Source: a virus
Lineage: Duplodnaviria > Caudoviricetes
IMG/VR virus record: IMGVR_UViG_3300030372_004376
Location: 1-30,844 of that record
Strand: one strand, 5' to 3'
DNA length: 30,844 nt
Below are positions 8,452 through 17,984 of this stretch, one piece after another. The translations under genes and the position numbers were made by a program. The notes under the pieces were generated by a model. It was not told the origin of the DNA, did no database searches, and saw nothing but the letters and a program-made list of their open reading frames with translations. The first letter of the stretch is position 1. Each line of letters opens with the position of its first letter.

Positions 8452-10152
8452 TTATTTTCCTAAGTTAAATCTTACCTTTTCAACTAAAGCTTTAGCATAA
8501 CTTTCATCAACTAAAGGTTTCTTTTCTCCAGTTTGTTCAGCAGCCGTTTTATTTTCATTTAATGCTTCCATTGTTAATTTAGATGCTCTTAAATCTCTAG
8601 TCTGCCAGAAGTTGTTAATTTGGTACTCAGTATTTAATGGGAAGAAATTAGATTCTGCAATAATTCTATTTTGATCTGCCTTAGAAAGGTTATTCCACTT
8701 TTCTTTATATTTTGATGGCATATTATCTAAATAGTTTAGAGTCTTAGTTTCTTCTCTAAAACAAGATTCCCAGATTGACTGTGCTTCTCTTGTAGATAAA
8801 CAACGTGAACTATTAAATTTTTCTAATATCTCAGTTTGTTTAGATTCATTCAAAGATTCGAATTCAGATTTTTTACTTTCTCCTAATAAAGCAAAGAACT
8901 TAGTTTCAGGAGTAGCAAATTTTGCATGATTCTCTTCAGCCTTTTCAATTAATGAATTTAACTTTTCAGTTATAGAAGTTTTGTAATCAACAACTTTTTC
9001 TTCTGTAACTTTATTTGATTCATTTAACATTTCTTTAGGAGTTTCAGTTGTACTCTTAGTTTCGTTTAACACATGTTCGTTAACCGATTCTCCAATGTAC
9101 TCTGCATATTTTCCAACCTTTTCTACGTTTTCTTTAATATATTCAGAATACTTAATACCGTCATTAAGTTTTTCTCCTAGATATTCAGAATAAGCAATTC
9201 CTTTATCAAGTTGCTCTCCTAAATAATTAGAATACTGAATTCCTTTATCTGCGCTTTCAGCAACATGTTCAGAGTATTGGATTGAATTATCTAATTCCTC
9301 TGCAAGATATTTAGTATATTTTTTAATTTGGTTAACATTCTCCACAACATAATCAGTGTGGGATATGCTTCTATCGAGATTTTCTGACAAGTATTCTGTA
9401 TAGTCATTTAATTGATTAACTCTTTCAGCAACATGTTCGGTGTACTTAACTAATTTTTCTAGTCTTTCACCGTCAATAGATTCTCCTTTAGCTTCTTTAA
9501 TAGAGTTGACTTCGTTTTTAAGATATTCAGTATATTTGTTAAAATCTTCTACTGTGACAAAATTTGATTCGCTCATTTCAGTATCTGTTTTTTCGTTTAT
9601 TGTTTTATTTATTTCATAAATGACAAGATCTTCAGAATTATCGAAGCCATAAGCTTCATTCACTCGAGATAATTCAGCATTTTCAAAACCAGGATCGGCA
9701 ACTAAATCATATGTAAAGAACTTTTTAATTTTAACCTTTCCATCTTGTCCTACAGTACCAGCCGCTCTACTAGAAATATGTAATGGTATTCCATCTTCAA
9801 TTAAAGCTTGCGCTTCTTTTCCTTTTGATGTATTCAATAAACGAATACGGCCTTTAACCTGCTTATTTGCGGAATCATAATCTAAATCCTCAATAACATG
9901 TGATACGTTAGAGAGACTAACATCAAAATCTTTTGGATGATCAAGTTCACCTAAAAGTTTTCCAGTTTTTACTTTTTCCTTAAGTTCATTGATGTGGGGT
10001 AATACTTCTTCCTCTTCATAGATACGATTATTTTTATTCTTCTTACCTATCTCAGTGAAAATACCCTCTAATACAACAGAACCGTCTTTTTCCTTTGTTG
10101 AAGTTAGATCAGATGTAGATCTTTCAAGTATTAAAAGATTCTTTACTTTCAT
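8452..10152 (-). CDS. gp21: Prohead protease (gp21) fused to a scaffold/core (gp22-like) region
   Basis: The first ~165 aa carry LEGIF, NKNNRIY, LGELDHP, ISSRAAG and YDLVADPGF (gp21 family); the C-terminal ~400 aa are an acidic coiled coil with 14-aa repeats. Confidence 0.9.
   Translation of the reverse strand: MKVKNLLILERSTSDLTSTKEKDGSVVLEGIFTEIGKKNKNNRIYEEEEVLPHINELKEKVKTGKLLGELDHPKDFDVSLSNVSHVIEDLDYDSANKQVKGRIRLLNTSKGKEAQALIEDGIPLHISSRAAGTVGQDGKVKIKKFFTYDLVADPGFENAELSRVNEAYGFDNSEDLVIYEINKTINEKTDTEMSESNFVTVEDFNKYTEYLKNEVNSIKEAKGESIDGERLEKLVKYTEHVAERVNQLNDYTEYLSENLDRSISHTDYVVENVNQIKKYTKYLAEELDNSIQYSEHVAESADKGIQYSNYLGEQLDKGIAYSEYLGEKLNDGIKYSEYIKENVEKVGKYAEYIGESVNEHVLNETKSTTETPKEMLNESNKVTEEKVVDYKTSITEKLNSLIEKAEENHAKFATPETKFFALLGESKKSEFESLNESKQTEILEKFNSSRCLSTREAQSIWESCFREETKTLNYLDNMPSKYKEKWNNLSKADQNRIIAESNFFPLNTEYQINNFWQTRDLRASKLTMEALNENKTAAEQTGEKKPLVDESYAKALVEKVRFNLGK
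9067..9444 (-). repeat. About nine tandem 14-aa (42-nt) repeats, consensus Y(S/T)EY(L/V)xExLxxxIx
   Basis: YTEHVAERVNQLND / YTEYLSENLDRSIS / HTDYVVENVNQIKK / YTKYLAEELDNSIQ / YSEHVAESADKGIQ / YSNYLGEQLDKGIA / YSEYLGEKLNDGIK / YSEYIKENVEKVGK / YAEYIGESVNEHVL. Confidence 0.85.
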
Positions 10153-10170
10153 TTTTTTAACTTATTTGTT

Positions 10171-10178
10171 TATATATT
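10171..10178 (-). promoter_or_regulatory. Late-type promoter AATATATA
   Basis: RATAWATA motif upstream of gp21. Confidence 0.65.
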
Positions 10179-10213
10179 ATAGTTATCCCAAGTTTTTATA
10201 TCACGGGGTTTGA

Positions 10214-11884
10214 TTATCCAAGCCCAGCTAAAGGATCTTCTTCACCGCCTCCCATAGGATCTTCTCCTTTAGGCTTTTCTGGTGTAAAGTCCTTTTTATT
10301 TGCTCCCATTAAAATCTTTTCGATGTCATCTTCTTTATATCCTTCCTTTTCAAGTTCTTCTCTTTCCATCGCTCTACCATTCGCTTTAAGATCTTCTCTA
10401 GTGAATCCTCCGTATCTCTTAATTAACCAACCTAAATTAAAGTATGGTATTTCAGCCATCGTTACAGGATCCATAGTAGCCAATTGTGTTTTCATATTTC
10501 CAATGAAATCAACTCGTTTTGTTGATAATTCCATTTCTTTCATTTCTTCGAATACATTATCCTTAACAAAATCTAAACCTAAATGAGATTTGAAATATAC
10601 ATCATCTTTTAACTCTGGGTGATTAAGAATCATTTGTAAATAAACAGGCTTAACTAAGATCTCTTGGAATATAGATCTTAACCTATCAATAAATTTAGAG
10701 AATTTAATTTCATCTCTTAGTGCACCACTTGCTTCCATATCATATGTACTGGAACCTTCTCTATCAAATCTTGAGAATGGAATCTTAGAAGCAATCTTTA
10801 ATCTGTCGGCAAAATACTTAAGAGATTCAGTATCACCTAAATCAGGACCATCGCCTCCGATAGTTTCAATTTCTGGAGATTCGCCATCTTTACTAGGTAA
10901 CCAGTATTCCTTATTAAAAGGTATCATTGGTTTACCGTTAGTTGAAATTTCTCCGGTATCATAATTGAAATCTACAACCTCTCTATAGTTAGTCATTAAT
11001 GATGAAAGAGATTGTTTTGCTCTTGTCTTCGACTTACCACCTACAGGTATAATAAATTTAGTTTTGAAGGAAGCATTCGAAACAGCCCAAATAATTCGAG
11101 TGTTTTCCATTATTCTTAAAAGATTAAAAGAACGAATCAATCTTTCTACATAACTAATTCTTTGTGGAGAATTCACTTGTGAATAAGAAAGGTATATAAC
11201 TTGTGAGTCCCATAAGTTTCTTTCTTTAGCACCTTGGCCCGAATACTGTATCCACATTTTCTTTCCGGTTTCTGGATCTATCGCAGGCATTAATGAGATA
11301 GGATCTAATTCTTTGAATCCTATAATTTCAGTTTGTTTATCATTATAGACAATTTCAAAAGAAAGAAACCCATCAATAATAAATTTCCTAAAATAATTCC
11401 ACGGTGCCAAAGCATCCATAAAACCAAAGTATTGATAAATGTTATTATACACATCATTTATCTCATCATCAATAGCAGAAGAAATTTGTCCATGAAATGA
11501 TGCATAGGCCATATAATTAGAATCATCAAATACGATAGCCTCATCGCATAAAGTATCAAGTATTTCTTCTATTTCATCTTGGACTGCAAAGATTCGAAGT
11601 TGGTCTCTTTTCTTTTCATAATCTTTATCAAAGAATGATATATTCTTTTTAAGACTTGTGTCTGTTAAAGACAAGGCAGCAAACGCGGACCAAATGTCTT
11701 CGTTATCAGCACCCATTGGGTTCATTGTATAACCCATTTGATTTTCCGTAAACCCGATTGCTCGTGAATTACGAAGGATCATATCGTCATACGCCATTCC
11801 TAAATTAGATAAATCTTTTAGTAATTTTCTAACCGGGTTTGTATTTGTTAACGGTCCTCTCCGTCTCTCTGTGAATCCTGCCAT
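10214..11884 (-). CDS. gp20: Portal vertex protein (T4 gp20-like)
   Basis: EIEEILD..CDEAIV, FIIDG, ISYVERLIRSFNLLRIMEN, EYWLP..DG..PEIETIGG, KIPFSR, RDEIKFSKFIDRLR. Confidence 0.95.
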   Translation of the reverse strand: MAGFTERRRGPLTNTNPVRKLLKDLSNLGMAYDDMILRNSRAIGFTENQMGYTMNPMGADNEDIWSAFAALSLTDTSLKKNISFFDKDYEKKRDQLRIFAVQDEIEEILDTLCDEAIVFDDSNYMAYASFHGQISSAIDDEINDVYNNIYQYFGFMDALAPWNYFRKFIIDGFLSFEIVYNDKQTEIIGFKELDPISLMPAIDPETGKKMWIQYSGQGAKERNLWDSQVIYLSYSQVNSPQRISYVERLIRSFNLLRIMENTRIIWAVSNASFKTKFIIPVGGKSKTRAKQSLSSLMTNYREVVDFNYDTGEISTNGKPMIPFNKEYWLPSKDGESPEIETIGGDGPDLGDTESLKYFADRLKIASKIPFSRFDREGSSTYDMEASGALRDEIKFSKFIDRLRSIFQEILVKPVYLQMILNHPELKDDVYFKSHLGLDFVKDNVFEEMKEMELSTKRVDFIGNMKTQLATMDPVTMAEIPYFNLGWLIKRYGGFTREDLKANGRAMEREELEKEGYKEDDIEKILMGANKKDFTPEKPKGEDPMGGGEEDPLAGLG

Positions 11885-11903
11885 AGGTTTTCTTTTGTTA
11901 AAT

Positions 11904-11911
11904 TATATATT
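11904..11911 (-). promoter_or_regulatory. Late-type promoter AATATATA for the portal gene
   Basis: RATAWATA motif overlapping the gp2 stop. Confidence 0.55.
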
Positions 11912-12524
11912 ATGTCTTAAATGATTGAAAGTAATTTTTCTGTGCTTCATTTATATTTGACTTATTAAAATAGTTTTCATCGTTAACTGTACCTAAGTGC
12001 CAGTTCTCATATGATAGGACAATTGGGTTTTTCATATTAAACAAATCATACTGTCTAATTGCATATGTTATATTATACATTCTACCAAATGCCCCTTTAA
12101 TTTGTGGATACTGTACATAATCAAGTTCGGTTTGTTTTCTAACATCATTTGCCTTAGCTCCTATTGTTTGTTCGTGTATTGAACCTTTATATGAATTAAG
12201 AAATGTTTTAATAAACTGTACTCTAGTATCATAAGGAATATAATGTAAGTTAATTCCTAATTGGTGGCCATCGTCACTAAGTCCTAGTCCTATTACTACT
12301 GGCCAAGTATCAAAAGGAATATGCTGAGCATTAAAATATCTAAAAGCATACATTCTTCCTTTTTGTAATTCTCCATTAGCTCTTTCCGCTCCATTATTTT
12401 TAATAGCCTTTTCAATATCCGAAAAAGATGTTTTAGAAGCACCAGTTCTTCCACCGTTTTCTTTAAGGTATTCATCCAACCTTTCTTGAAAATCTTTCTT
12501 TTCGCCTTGTTCTAAATCTTCCAT
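11910..12524 (-). CDS. gp2: DNA end protector protein (T4 gp2-like)
   Basis: GRMYAFRY, FDTWPVVI, GINLHYIP, AIRQY; adjacent to gp4. Confidence 0.85.
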   Translation of the reverse strand: MEDLEQGEKKDFQERLDEYLKENGGRTGASKTSFSDIEKAIKNNGAERANGELQKGRMYAFRYFNAQHIPFDTWPVVIGLGLSDDGHQLGINLHYIPYDTRVQFIKTFLNSYKGSIHEQTIGAKANDVRKQTELDYVQYPQIKGAFGRMYNITYAIRQYDLFNMKNPIVLSYENWHLGTVNDENYFNKSNINEAQKNYFQSFKT

Positions 12525-12525
12525 C

Positions 12526-13020
12526 TTACCTGAATAATTTTGAATCTTCTGTTAATAACATCACCTTAAAATTTCTAGTCTTTGCTGCTTTTTGTAAAGC
12601 ATCGGTTTTACATAAATTTCTAACATAGGTTTCATACGCCCATTTGTAATTTTCTAAAGCTTTTTTTGTTTTTCTTCTAGGTGGTGCTGGTTTTTTTAAT
12701 TGAGCCTTTGGTTTAACTTCAATTATATAATCTTCATATATAGGTTCTTGTCCTTCTACCTTTTTTCTAATCTTAACATAAAAATCAGGATAATACTTAT
12801 GGAATTTTTTATCTAAGATATTGTAATACTTTAATGAAAATGGTTCTGATGTCCACCTAATAACATCAACATTATGGTCACACCAATGACAAACCTTTCT
12901 TTCCCAACTACTCCTATAGATTATAGGCATAGGTCCTTGGTACTTATTAGGATTCTTTGGTTTATAGTATCCTTGCTTAAAACCAGACTTAGCCGTAGGT
13001 TTGACTTTTTTAATGCTCAT
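12526..13020 (-). CDS. gp4: Head completion nuclease (T4 gp4, TnsA-like)
   Basis: G-Y-Y-K-P-K-N-P-N-K-Y-x-G, IIYRSSWE, W-x-SE, YYPDF, IEVKP. Confidence 0.9.
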   Translation of the reverse strand: MSIKKVKPTAKSGFKQGYYKPKNPNKYQGPMPIIYRSSWERKVCHWCDHNVDVIRWTSEPFSLKYYNILDKKFHKYYPDFYVKIRKKVEGQEPIYEDYIIEVKPKAQLKKPAPPRRKTKKALENYKWAYETYVRNLCKTDALQKAAKTRNFKVMLLTEDSKLFR

Positions 13021-13376
13021 TAAATTGAATATATTCCATCTCCACTATTCATAGAGATTGTACCGCCATATTTTTTAGGGTGTAATTTATTCCAACCTTT
13101 TGCGAATCCTCTTTTTGCTATTTCGGTAAAATATGCAAATGCATTATTACTTTTTTCTGGATTGAAATTTCTCCAATATCTAAATAAGTCCATATAAGCA
13201 CATGCAATACAGTCTTTTCTATCTTCCGGGTTTCTATATGTTAATTTAGCTGAAGATCTTTCTGCTAACATCATCAACATCTTCAATGCTTTAGGTGTTA
13301 ACTCATCTAACTCTTGTGACTTAACTATCTCCTCCAAGAGGTCGCGATTGTTAAGATATTTCCTTTTTCGTGGCAT
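13020..13376 (-). CDS. gp55: Late transcription sigma factor (T4 gp55-like), short
   Basis: YLNNRDL, LAERSS, NFNPEKSNNAFAYFTEIA correspond to gp55 YVNNK.F...FDP.KS.NPFAYFTQI. Confidence 0.85.
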   Translation of the reverse strand: MPRKRKYLNNRDLLEEIVKSQELDELTPKALKMLMMLAERSSAKLTYRNPEDRKDCIACAYMDLFRYWRNFNPEKSNNAFAYFTEIAKRGFAKGWNKLHPKKYGGTISMNSGDGIYSI

Positions 13377-13394
13377 AAGTATCTTTGTTTATTT

Positions 13395-13421
13395 TTATAC
13401 ACAAGAAAAGACCGAATGTTT
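13395..13421 (-). promoter_or_regulatory. Pre-replicative promoter AAACA-N16-GTATAA
   Basis: Exact motif upstream of gp55. Confidence 0.7.
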
Positions 13422-13460
13422 CATCATTCAGCCTTTTAATATAATTAAGGGAAGTAAGTC

Positions 13461-15248
13461 TTAAAGTTTAACCGACAGCTCATCCTTACGAACATAAGTA
13501 GATTTGTCAGTTTTAGGGTCTACTACATCAATCAGTTCTTCATCTCCTAAAGAAGCATACTCTTCAGCATTAACCATTACATCAGATCCCTTTTTCATTC
13601 CTTTAATGTTAGAAGATAAAGTCCCTTCGACGTATCCGTTATTTAGATAGTAGTTCTTACTTTTTTTTTCTGCAACAAAAGTGGATTGTAATTCCTTTTC
13701 TCTTGTAGTAATTTCAGAATTTACCATATCTATTGCTTCTTTTAATTCTGGAGTTTCTCCAACTCTTTGAATAGCAGCAGTGATTTCATTTTTCTTTTCT
13801 TCTAAGAAATTGATCATTTCTTGAATTTTCTTTCTGTTTTCAGAATTTCTAATCTCAAGATCGCCTTCAGCTTCTAATTTCTCAGCTACGTAAGAAGAAA
13901 CATCATAACCGATAAATTCTTTAGCAACTTTAACAGCTTCTCCAGCAGAAGAATAGTATTTCATTTCATTAAGTTTCATTCCACCGTTTATCTTGTTAAT
14001 ATAAACACCTTCATGTACAGCAATCATTGTTAAATAAAGAGCTGGCCATTTAAGTGAATTAACAGAAAAGATATCATCCATTTCAGCTACCATATCAAAA
14101 TTTTCTACTAAATGGCATACTGTATCAATTTTATGATTATCTCTATACCCAAAGAAATTAGTTCCTAATAAAGCTTCTTTAACTTCAATGACAGATGCAT
14201 TTGTTAAATCAACTTCTCCTAAGTTAATAGTTCCTTCAGTTAAATTGATAGAAAAAGTTTTTTCGTTCTGTCCATGAATTTCAAAACAATCACCTTTAGG
14301 AGTACATAATCTTAAACCTTCTAAAACTGCTTTATATCTTCCGTCAGTTACATTTGCTTCGGTTACAGTTTTACCGTTTGTAATATAATCTCTACCTAAT
14401 AGGTGGAAAGTATGACTTTCACCTTCAGTTAAAATAGGAGAATAGATTTTCATAATTTTGCCACCGTGTTGCTCATGTACCTTTTGTTCGGATCTTGCGA
14501 TAGATTCTAAAATACTTTTGCATTCTGGAGACCATGGGTGTTTAGATGAAATTGCTAAGAAAGCATTTTTAATGTTATCATTTGATTCTTTCAAAACAGA
14601 AGTTAAATCTTTACCTAATCTTTCGTAAAGTTTTCCACCCTTTCTCATTACAGTATTACAAGCCTCACTTACTTGAAATTCTAATGTATTACTATTATAC
14701 ATAGCTTCAATATAAGAAGCCATTTCTTTAATAGGGTTTATCCAATCAAAGGCAGCTGCTTGTTTATGTAATTCTCTAGCGATTGAAAACTTTAATGTAG
14801 GAGATACATTCTTTTCAATTTCTTCAGTTACGTTTGTTAAATCTGCATTCTTAAGTGAAAGAGGAAATTTACTTAAAGTACCTTCTAAAACTTTAATTGC
14901 TTTATCAGCAGTAAAGGATACTCTCCCACTATCAGCAGACTTCATTTCTTTTAATTTATTTAGAGTTTCGTTAACTCTTGAATAAAGTTCAGTTAATGTG
15001 AATTGCATTTTTATATCATTTTTTTGGTTAGTTTCAGTCACTCCTCTTAATTTAGCATATTCCGCGATAGCTTTCTCCGCCCACGGTTGAGGAACTCCCA
15101 TTCCACATAAAATTGCTAAGACCTGAGCATCAGATTTTCCGCTTTCAAAAAACTGTGCGGTTAAGGTTGTTAAATTATCGTTCCGATGCTGAGGAATTAT
15201 TCCACCATTTAACAAAACCTGTGTTTGACTTTCGTTCATATTTGCCAT
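13461..15248 (-). CDS. Large probable head/core structural protein
   Basis: Late promoter; dense (L/V/I/M)-x-E motifs (MNE, VTE, LTE, VNE, LKE, VHE, LNE, VAE) resembling gp21 processing sites; coiled coil near the C-terminus. Confidence 0.6.
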   Translation of the reverse strand: MANMNESQTQVLLNGGIIPQHRNDNLTTLTAQFFESGKSDAQVLAILCGMGVPQPWAEKAIAEYAKLRGVTETNQKNDIKMQFTLTELYSRVNETLNKLKEMKSADSGRVSFTADKAIKVLEGTLSKFPLSLKNADLTNVTEEIEKNVSPTLKFSIARELHKQAAAFDWINPIKEMASYIEAMYNSNTLEFQVSEACNTVMRKGGKLYERLGKDLTSVLKESNDNIKNAFLAISSKHPWSPECKSILESIARSEQKVHEQHGGKIMKIYSPILTEGESHTFHLLGRDYITNGKTVTEANVTDGRYKAVLEGLRLCTPKGDCFEIHGQNEKTFSINLTEGTINLGEVDLTNASVIEVKEALLGTNFFGYRDNHKIDTVCHLVENFDMVAEMDDIFSVNSLKWPALYLTMIAVHEGVYINKINGGMKLNEMKYYSSAGEAVKVAKEFIGYDVSSYVAEKLEAEGDLEIRNSENRKKIQEMINFLEEKKNEITAAIQRVGETPELKEAIDMVNSEITTREKELQSTFVAEKKSKNYYLNNGYVEGTLSSNIKGMKKGSDVMVNAEEYASLGDEELIDVVDPKTDKSTYVRKDELSVKL

Positions 15249-15267
15249 AGTTAAGACTAATTTGTTT

Positions 15268-15275
15268 TATATATT
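15268..15275 (-). promoter_or_regulatory. Late-type promoter AATATATA
   Basis: RATAWATA motif. Confidence 0.6.
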
Positions 15276-15293
15276 ACACCACACTTAGATTAT

Positions 15294-16280
15294 TTAATTC
15301 TCAACTTCATCCTGAGCACCCGGATCTTCTCTTCCATCCATGTTCCTCCACTCCTTACTTTCTTCATCTTCTTCAGTGCCTTGGTATTTTTCTACAGTGT
15401 CTTCATTAAACTTCGGTCCAGTGTTAATTTTTGATGGATCTTTATATCCTTGATTAGATAATTCTCTGTTAATAGGAGCTTTCTTTATATCATCAATCGA
15501 AGTATCAATTTGTTCCATAACATTACCAAAGTAAATAGCACCATCTCGATAAATTCCTATACCGGCTCTTTCTGGGTTATCCAATACGCCTTTTTTGTTT
15601 ATACTATCTTCAACTAATAGTGCCACATCTGCAAAGGTTATATTTCCATTTTCAAATACAGGTAAGAATGATTGTAATTCCATAGAAAATGTAACCTTAA
15701 ATTCTTTCTTATCATTAAGGGCATATTCCATTAGTCTTTCTTGTGTATAATCTTCAGGTAATTGCATTGCTGCCTGAACTCTGACCATTCCTAAATCAAC
15801 AGAAAAAGATTGAGACTTATATAGCCTACTAACAACAGCTTCTGTTGCTTTAAGAATTTCTAAATTATTAGAACAAACAATAGTGACATCTACTCCCATT
15901 GTAATCGGGATAAAGCTAGTCATAAGTGAAAAGGTTTTTAATTCACCTTCAACTTCTTTAACTAATTCAGCCCTTACAAACTTATTTGTTAAATTAGCCG
16001 ACTGAATAGCCATAGAACTAAGTTGTACAATTCCTCGAGGTACTACTTCATAATCACCTACAGCCTTTCCTTCTGCTGTGGTATCATATAGGAAATTGTC
16101 TAATAAGAATCTTTCATTACCTGTCACAGAATAATAAAAAGGAATATCAATTTTCTTTTTGGTATCCTCATCTATCTGATTGTAATAATATATCTTACTT
16201 TTCAATTCAGCTAACATAGCCACGATGATATATCGCAGAACTACATTGTCTTTATTAAATTCTTGATTATACGATGACAC
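15294..16280 (-). CDS. gp15: Tail sheath stabiliser / tail terminator (T4 gp15-like)
   Basis: IDIPFYY...ERFL...VVPRG...P.TMGVDVTI...EILKATEAV parallel gp15 (VPI.Y...KFL...LPR...P.PY...D.LQI.EQI); GTG start. Confidence 0.65.
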   Translation of the reverse strand: MSSYNQEFNKDNVVLRYIIVAMLAELKSKIYYYNQIDEDTKKKIDIPFYYSVTGNERFLLDNFLYDTTAEGKAVGDYEVVPRGIVQLSSMAIQSANLTNKFVRAELVKEVEGELKTFSLMTSFIPITMGVDVTIVCSNNLEILKATEAVVSRLYKSQSFSVDLGMVRVQAAMQLPEDYTQERLMEYALNDKKEFKVTFSMELQSFLPVFENGNITFADVALLVEDSINKKGVLDNPERAGIGIYRDGAIYFGNVMEQIDTSIDDIKKAPINRELSNQGYKDPSKINTGPKFNEDTVEKYQGTEEDEESKEWRNMDGREDPGAQDEVEN

Positions 16281-16297
16281 TAACTTATCACTTTTTT

Positions 16298-16306
16298 TAT
16301 TTATTC
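16298..16306 (-). promoter_or_regulatory. Late-type promoter GAATAAATA
   Basis: RATAWATA motif at the switch from recombination to structural genes. Confidence 0.65.
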
Positions 16307-16316
16307 ACCAAGAATG

Positions 16317-17984
16317 TTAGTTAATTTTCTCGATGGTAAATTCACTAAAACCACCACCCTTAGTGATTTCTAATTTTTTATCAAAATACTCACTTGGTAA
16401 TACCGTGTGGTTAATTACAAATGTATTAAGACCAACATCTTGTATTGTGGTATGTAGTATATTTATTATGTGGTAAACCCCATCAGCATCAATTGAAGAA
16501 AAAATTTCATCTAAGAATAAAATGTTCAAACTTGGAAATCTCATTTTAATCATTTTAATTAAAGCCATGATAATAACAAAGTCTACTTTTTTCTTTTCTC
16601 CTGTGCTTAATGTCTTAGGACTTATCTCTTCTCCAATATGTAAAAGTGAACAATTAAATTTATCATCAAATCTAATACCAAAAGGAATTCCCATTTCTTT
16701 ACCCATAATCATTATGTGATTATTAAAGGAAGGCAGAATAGATCTTACAGCTAAATTCTTAATTCCATCCTCCCCCATAATGTTTTCCAAAATAGTAAGA
16801 TAATTATTTTCCCCTTCACTAACCATTCTCTCCTCATCCTTTTTACCTTTCTTACCAGAAAAATCTTTAACTAATTGTTTTAAGTGTTGATATTGTTCTC
16901 CACCGCTTTCACTTAATTTAACTAATTCATCTTTGTAATTGGTCATAGAGGTTTCCAACTGCCCTAACTTAACTAAAATGTTTTTCCCTTTTTCTCTTAA
17001 ACCTAATAAAGTATTTTCTGAATTTTCTACTTCTTCTTTAATTGTTGTTTGTAAAGAATTTAATCTTTCTACCTCAGATTCTTTATTCTTTTTAATATCC
17101 TTATGATATTTAGTATTTAGAGGACCAGTGCATGTAGGACATTGATTATTTTCATATAGTTTTATATCTCTTTTTAATCGGGATAATTCACTTCCTACTT
17201 CTGAATTCTTTTTATTCTTTTGTTTTAATTGAATATCAGCTTCATCAACTTTAAGTTTAACTTTTTCATTTACATCTTTTAACTTAACCCTATCTTTATT
17301 TAATTGTAAAAGTTTCTTTTTAAGTTCAGCTAACTTTTCATCACTCTTTTCTTTATTGGATGCTTCAAATTGTTCAATCTTTTCAACAACAGATTTGATG
17401 GAATCATCTAAGGTTCTTATTTCATCTTCGAATGTTCTTAACTCATCGGCTAAAAGTTTCCTTTTACCTTTAACCAATTCTCTCATTTCATTGATTACCG
17501 AAAAACCAAAAATTCTATCTATGATTTGTTTCTTATCCCACGGTGACATGGTGATAAAAGATTTGAAGTCATTAACAGATAAAATAATAACATTCTTAAA
17601 AACATGATAAGGAATTTCAAAAATTTCAGTTTCTAAAAATTCTTGCATATTAGCCTTCCCAGCTACATCATACTCTGCTCCATTTATTTTGACTTCAAAA
17701 ACATTAGGGGAAATACCTCTTTCAATTTCTACAAAATTTCCTTTTGTTTCTAAAACAATCTTTCCCCATAGATTCTTATTTACACGATTAGGTAAGTCTC
17801 TTAAATGTGCTCCGTCGTTTCTACCATAACATAAATATGTAATGACTTTTGCTAAAGTACTTTTACCTGCACCGTTTCCTCCAAGTACTAAATAAAGCTC
17901 ACTGTCTTTTTTATCAAATTCTATAATTTGAGTTCTATTACCATAACTGGCAAAATTCTTAAATTCAACCTTGTGGATCCTCAT
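16317..17984 (-). CDS. gp46: Recombination ATPase (T4 gp46 / Rad50 / SbcC)
   Basis: FKNFASYGN, Walker A GGNGAGKS, coiled coil with CPTC zinc hook, LSTGEKKK signature, LFLDEIFSSID. Confidence 0.95.
   Translation of the reverse strand: MRIHKVEFKNFASYGNRTQIIEFDKKDSELYLVLGGNGAGKSTLAKVITYLCYGRNDGAHLRDLPNRVNKNLWGKIVLETKGNFVEIERGISPNVFEVKINGAEYDVAGKANMQEFLETEIFEIPYHVFKNVIILSVNDFKSFITMSPWDKKQIIDRIFGFSVINEMRELVKGKRKLLADELRTFEDEIRTLDDSIKSVVEKIEQFEASNKEKSDEKLAELKKKLLQLNKDRVKLKDVNEKVKLKVDEADIQLKQKNKKNSEVGSELSRLKRDIKLYENNQCPTCTGPLNTKYHKDIKKNKESEVERLNSLQTTIKEEVENSENTLLGLREKGKNILVKLGQLETSMTNYKDELVKLSESGGEQYQHLKQLVKDFSGKKGKKDEERMVSEGENNYLTILENIMGEDGIKNLAVRSILPSFNNHIMIMGKEMGIPFGIRFDDKFNCSLLHIGEEISPKTLSTGEKKKVDFVIIMALIKMIKMRFPSLNILFLDEIFSSIDADGVYHIINILHTTIQDVGLNTFVINHTVLPSEYFDKKLEITKGGGFSEFTIEKIN

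Noticed and set aside
9067-9444. 42-nt periodicity as a CRISPR or DNA-level repeat
   Set aside because: The repeat is degenerate at the DNA level, in frame and conserved as protein; there is no repeat-spacer structure.
12526-13020. TnsA-like nuclease as evidence of a Tn7-type transposon or homing endonuclease
   Set aside because: Its motifs and position next to gp2 identify it as the T4 gp4 head completion protein; no other transposition genes are present.
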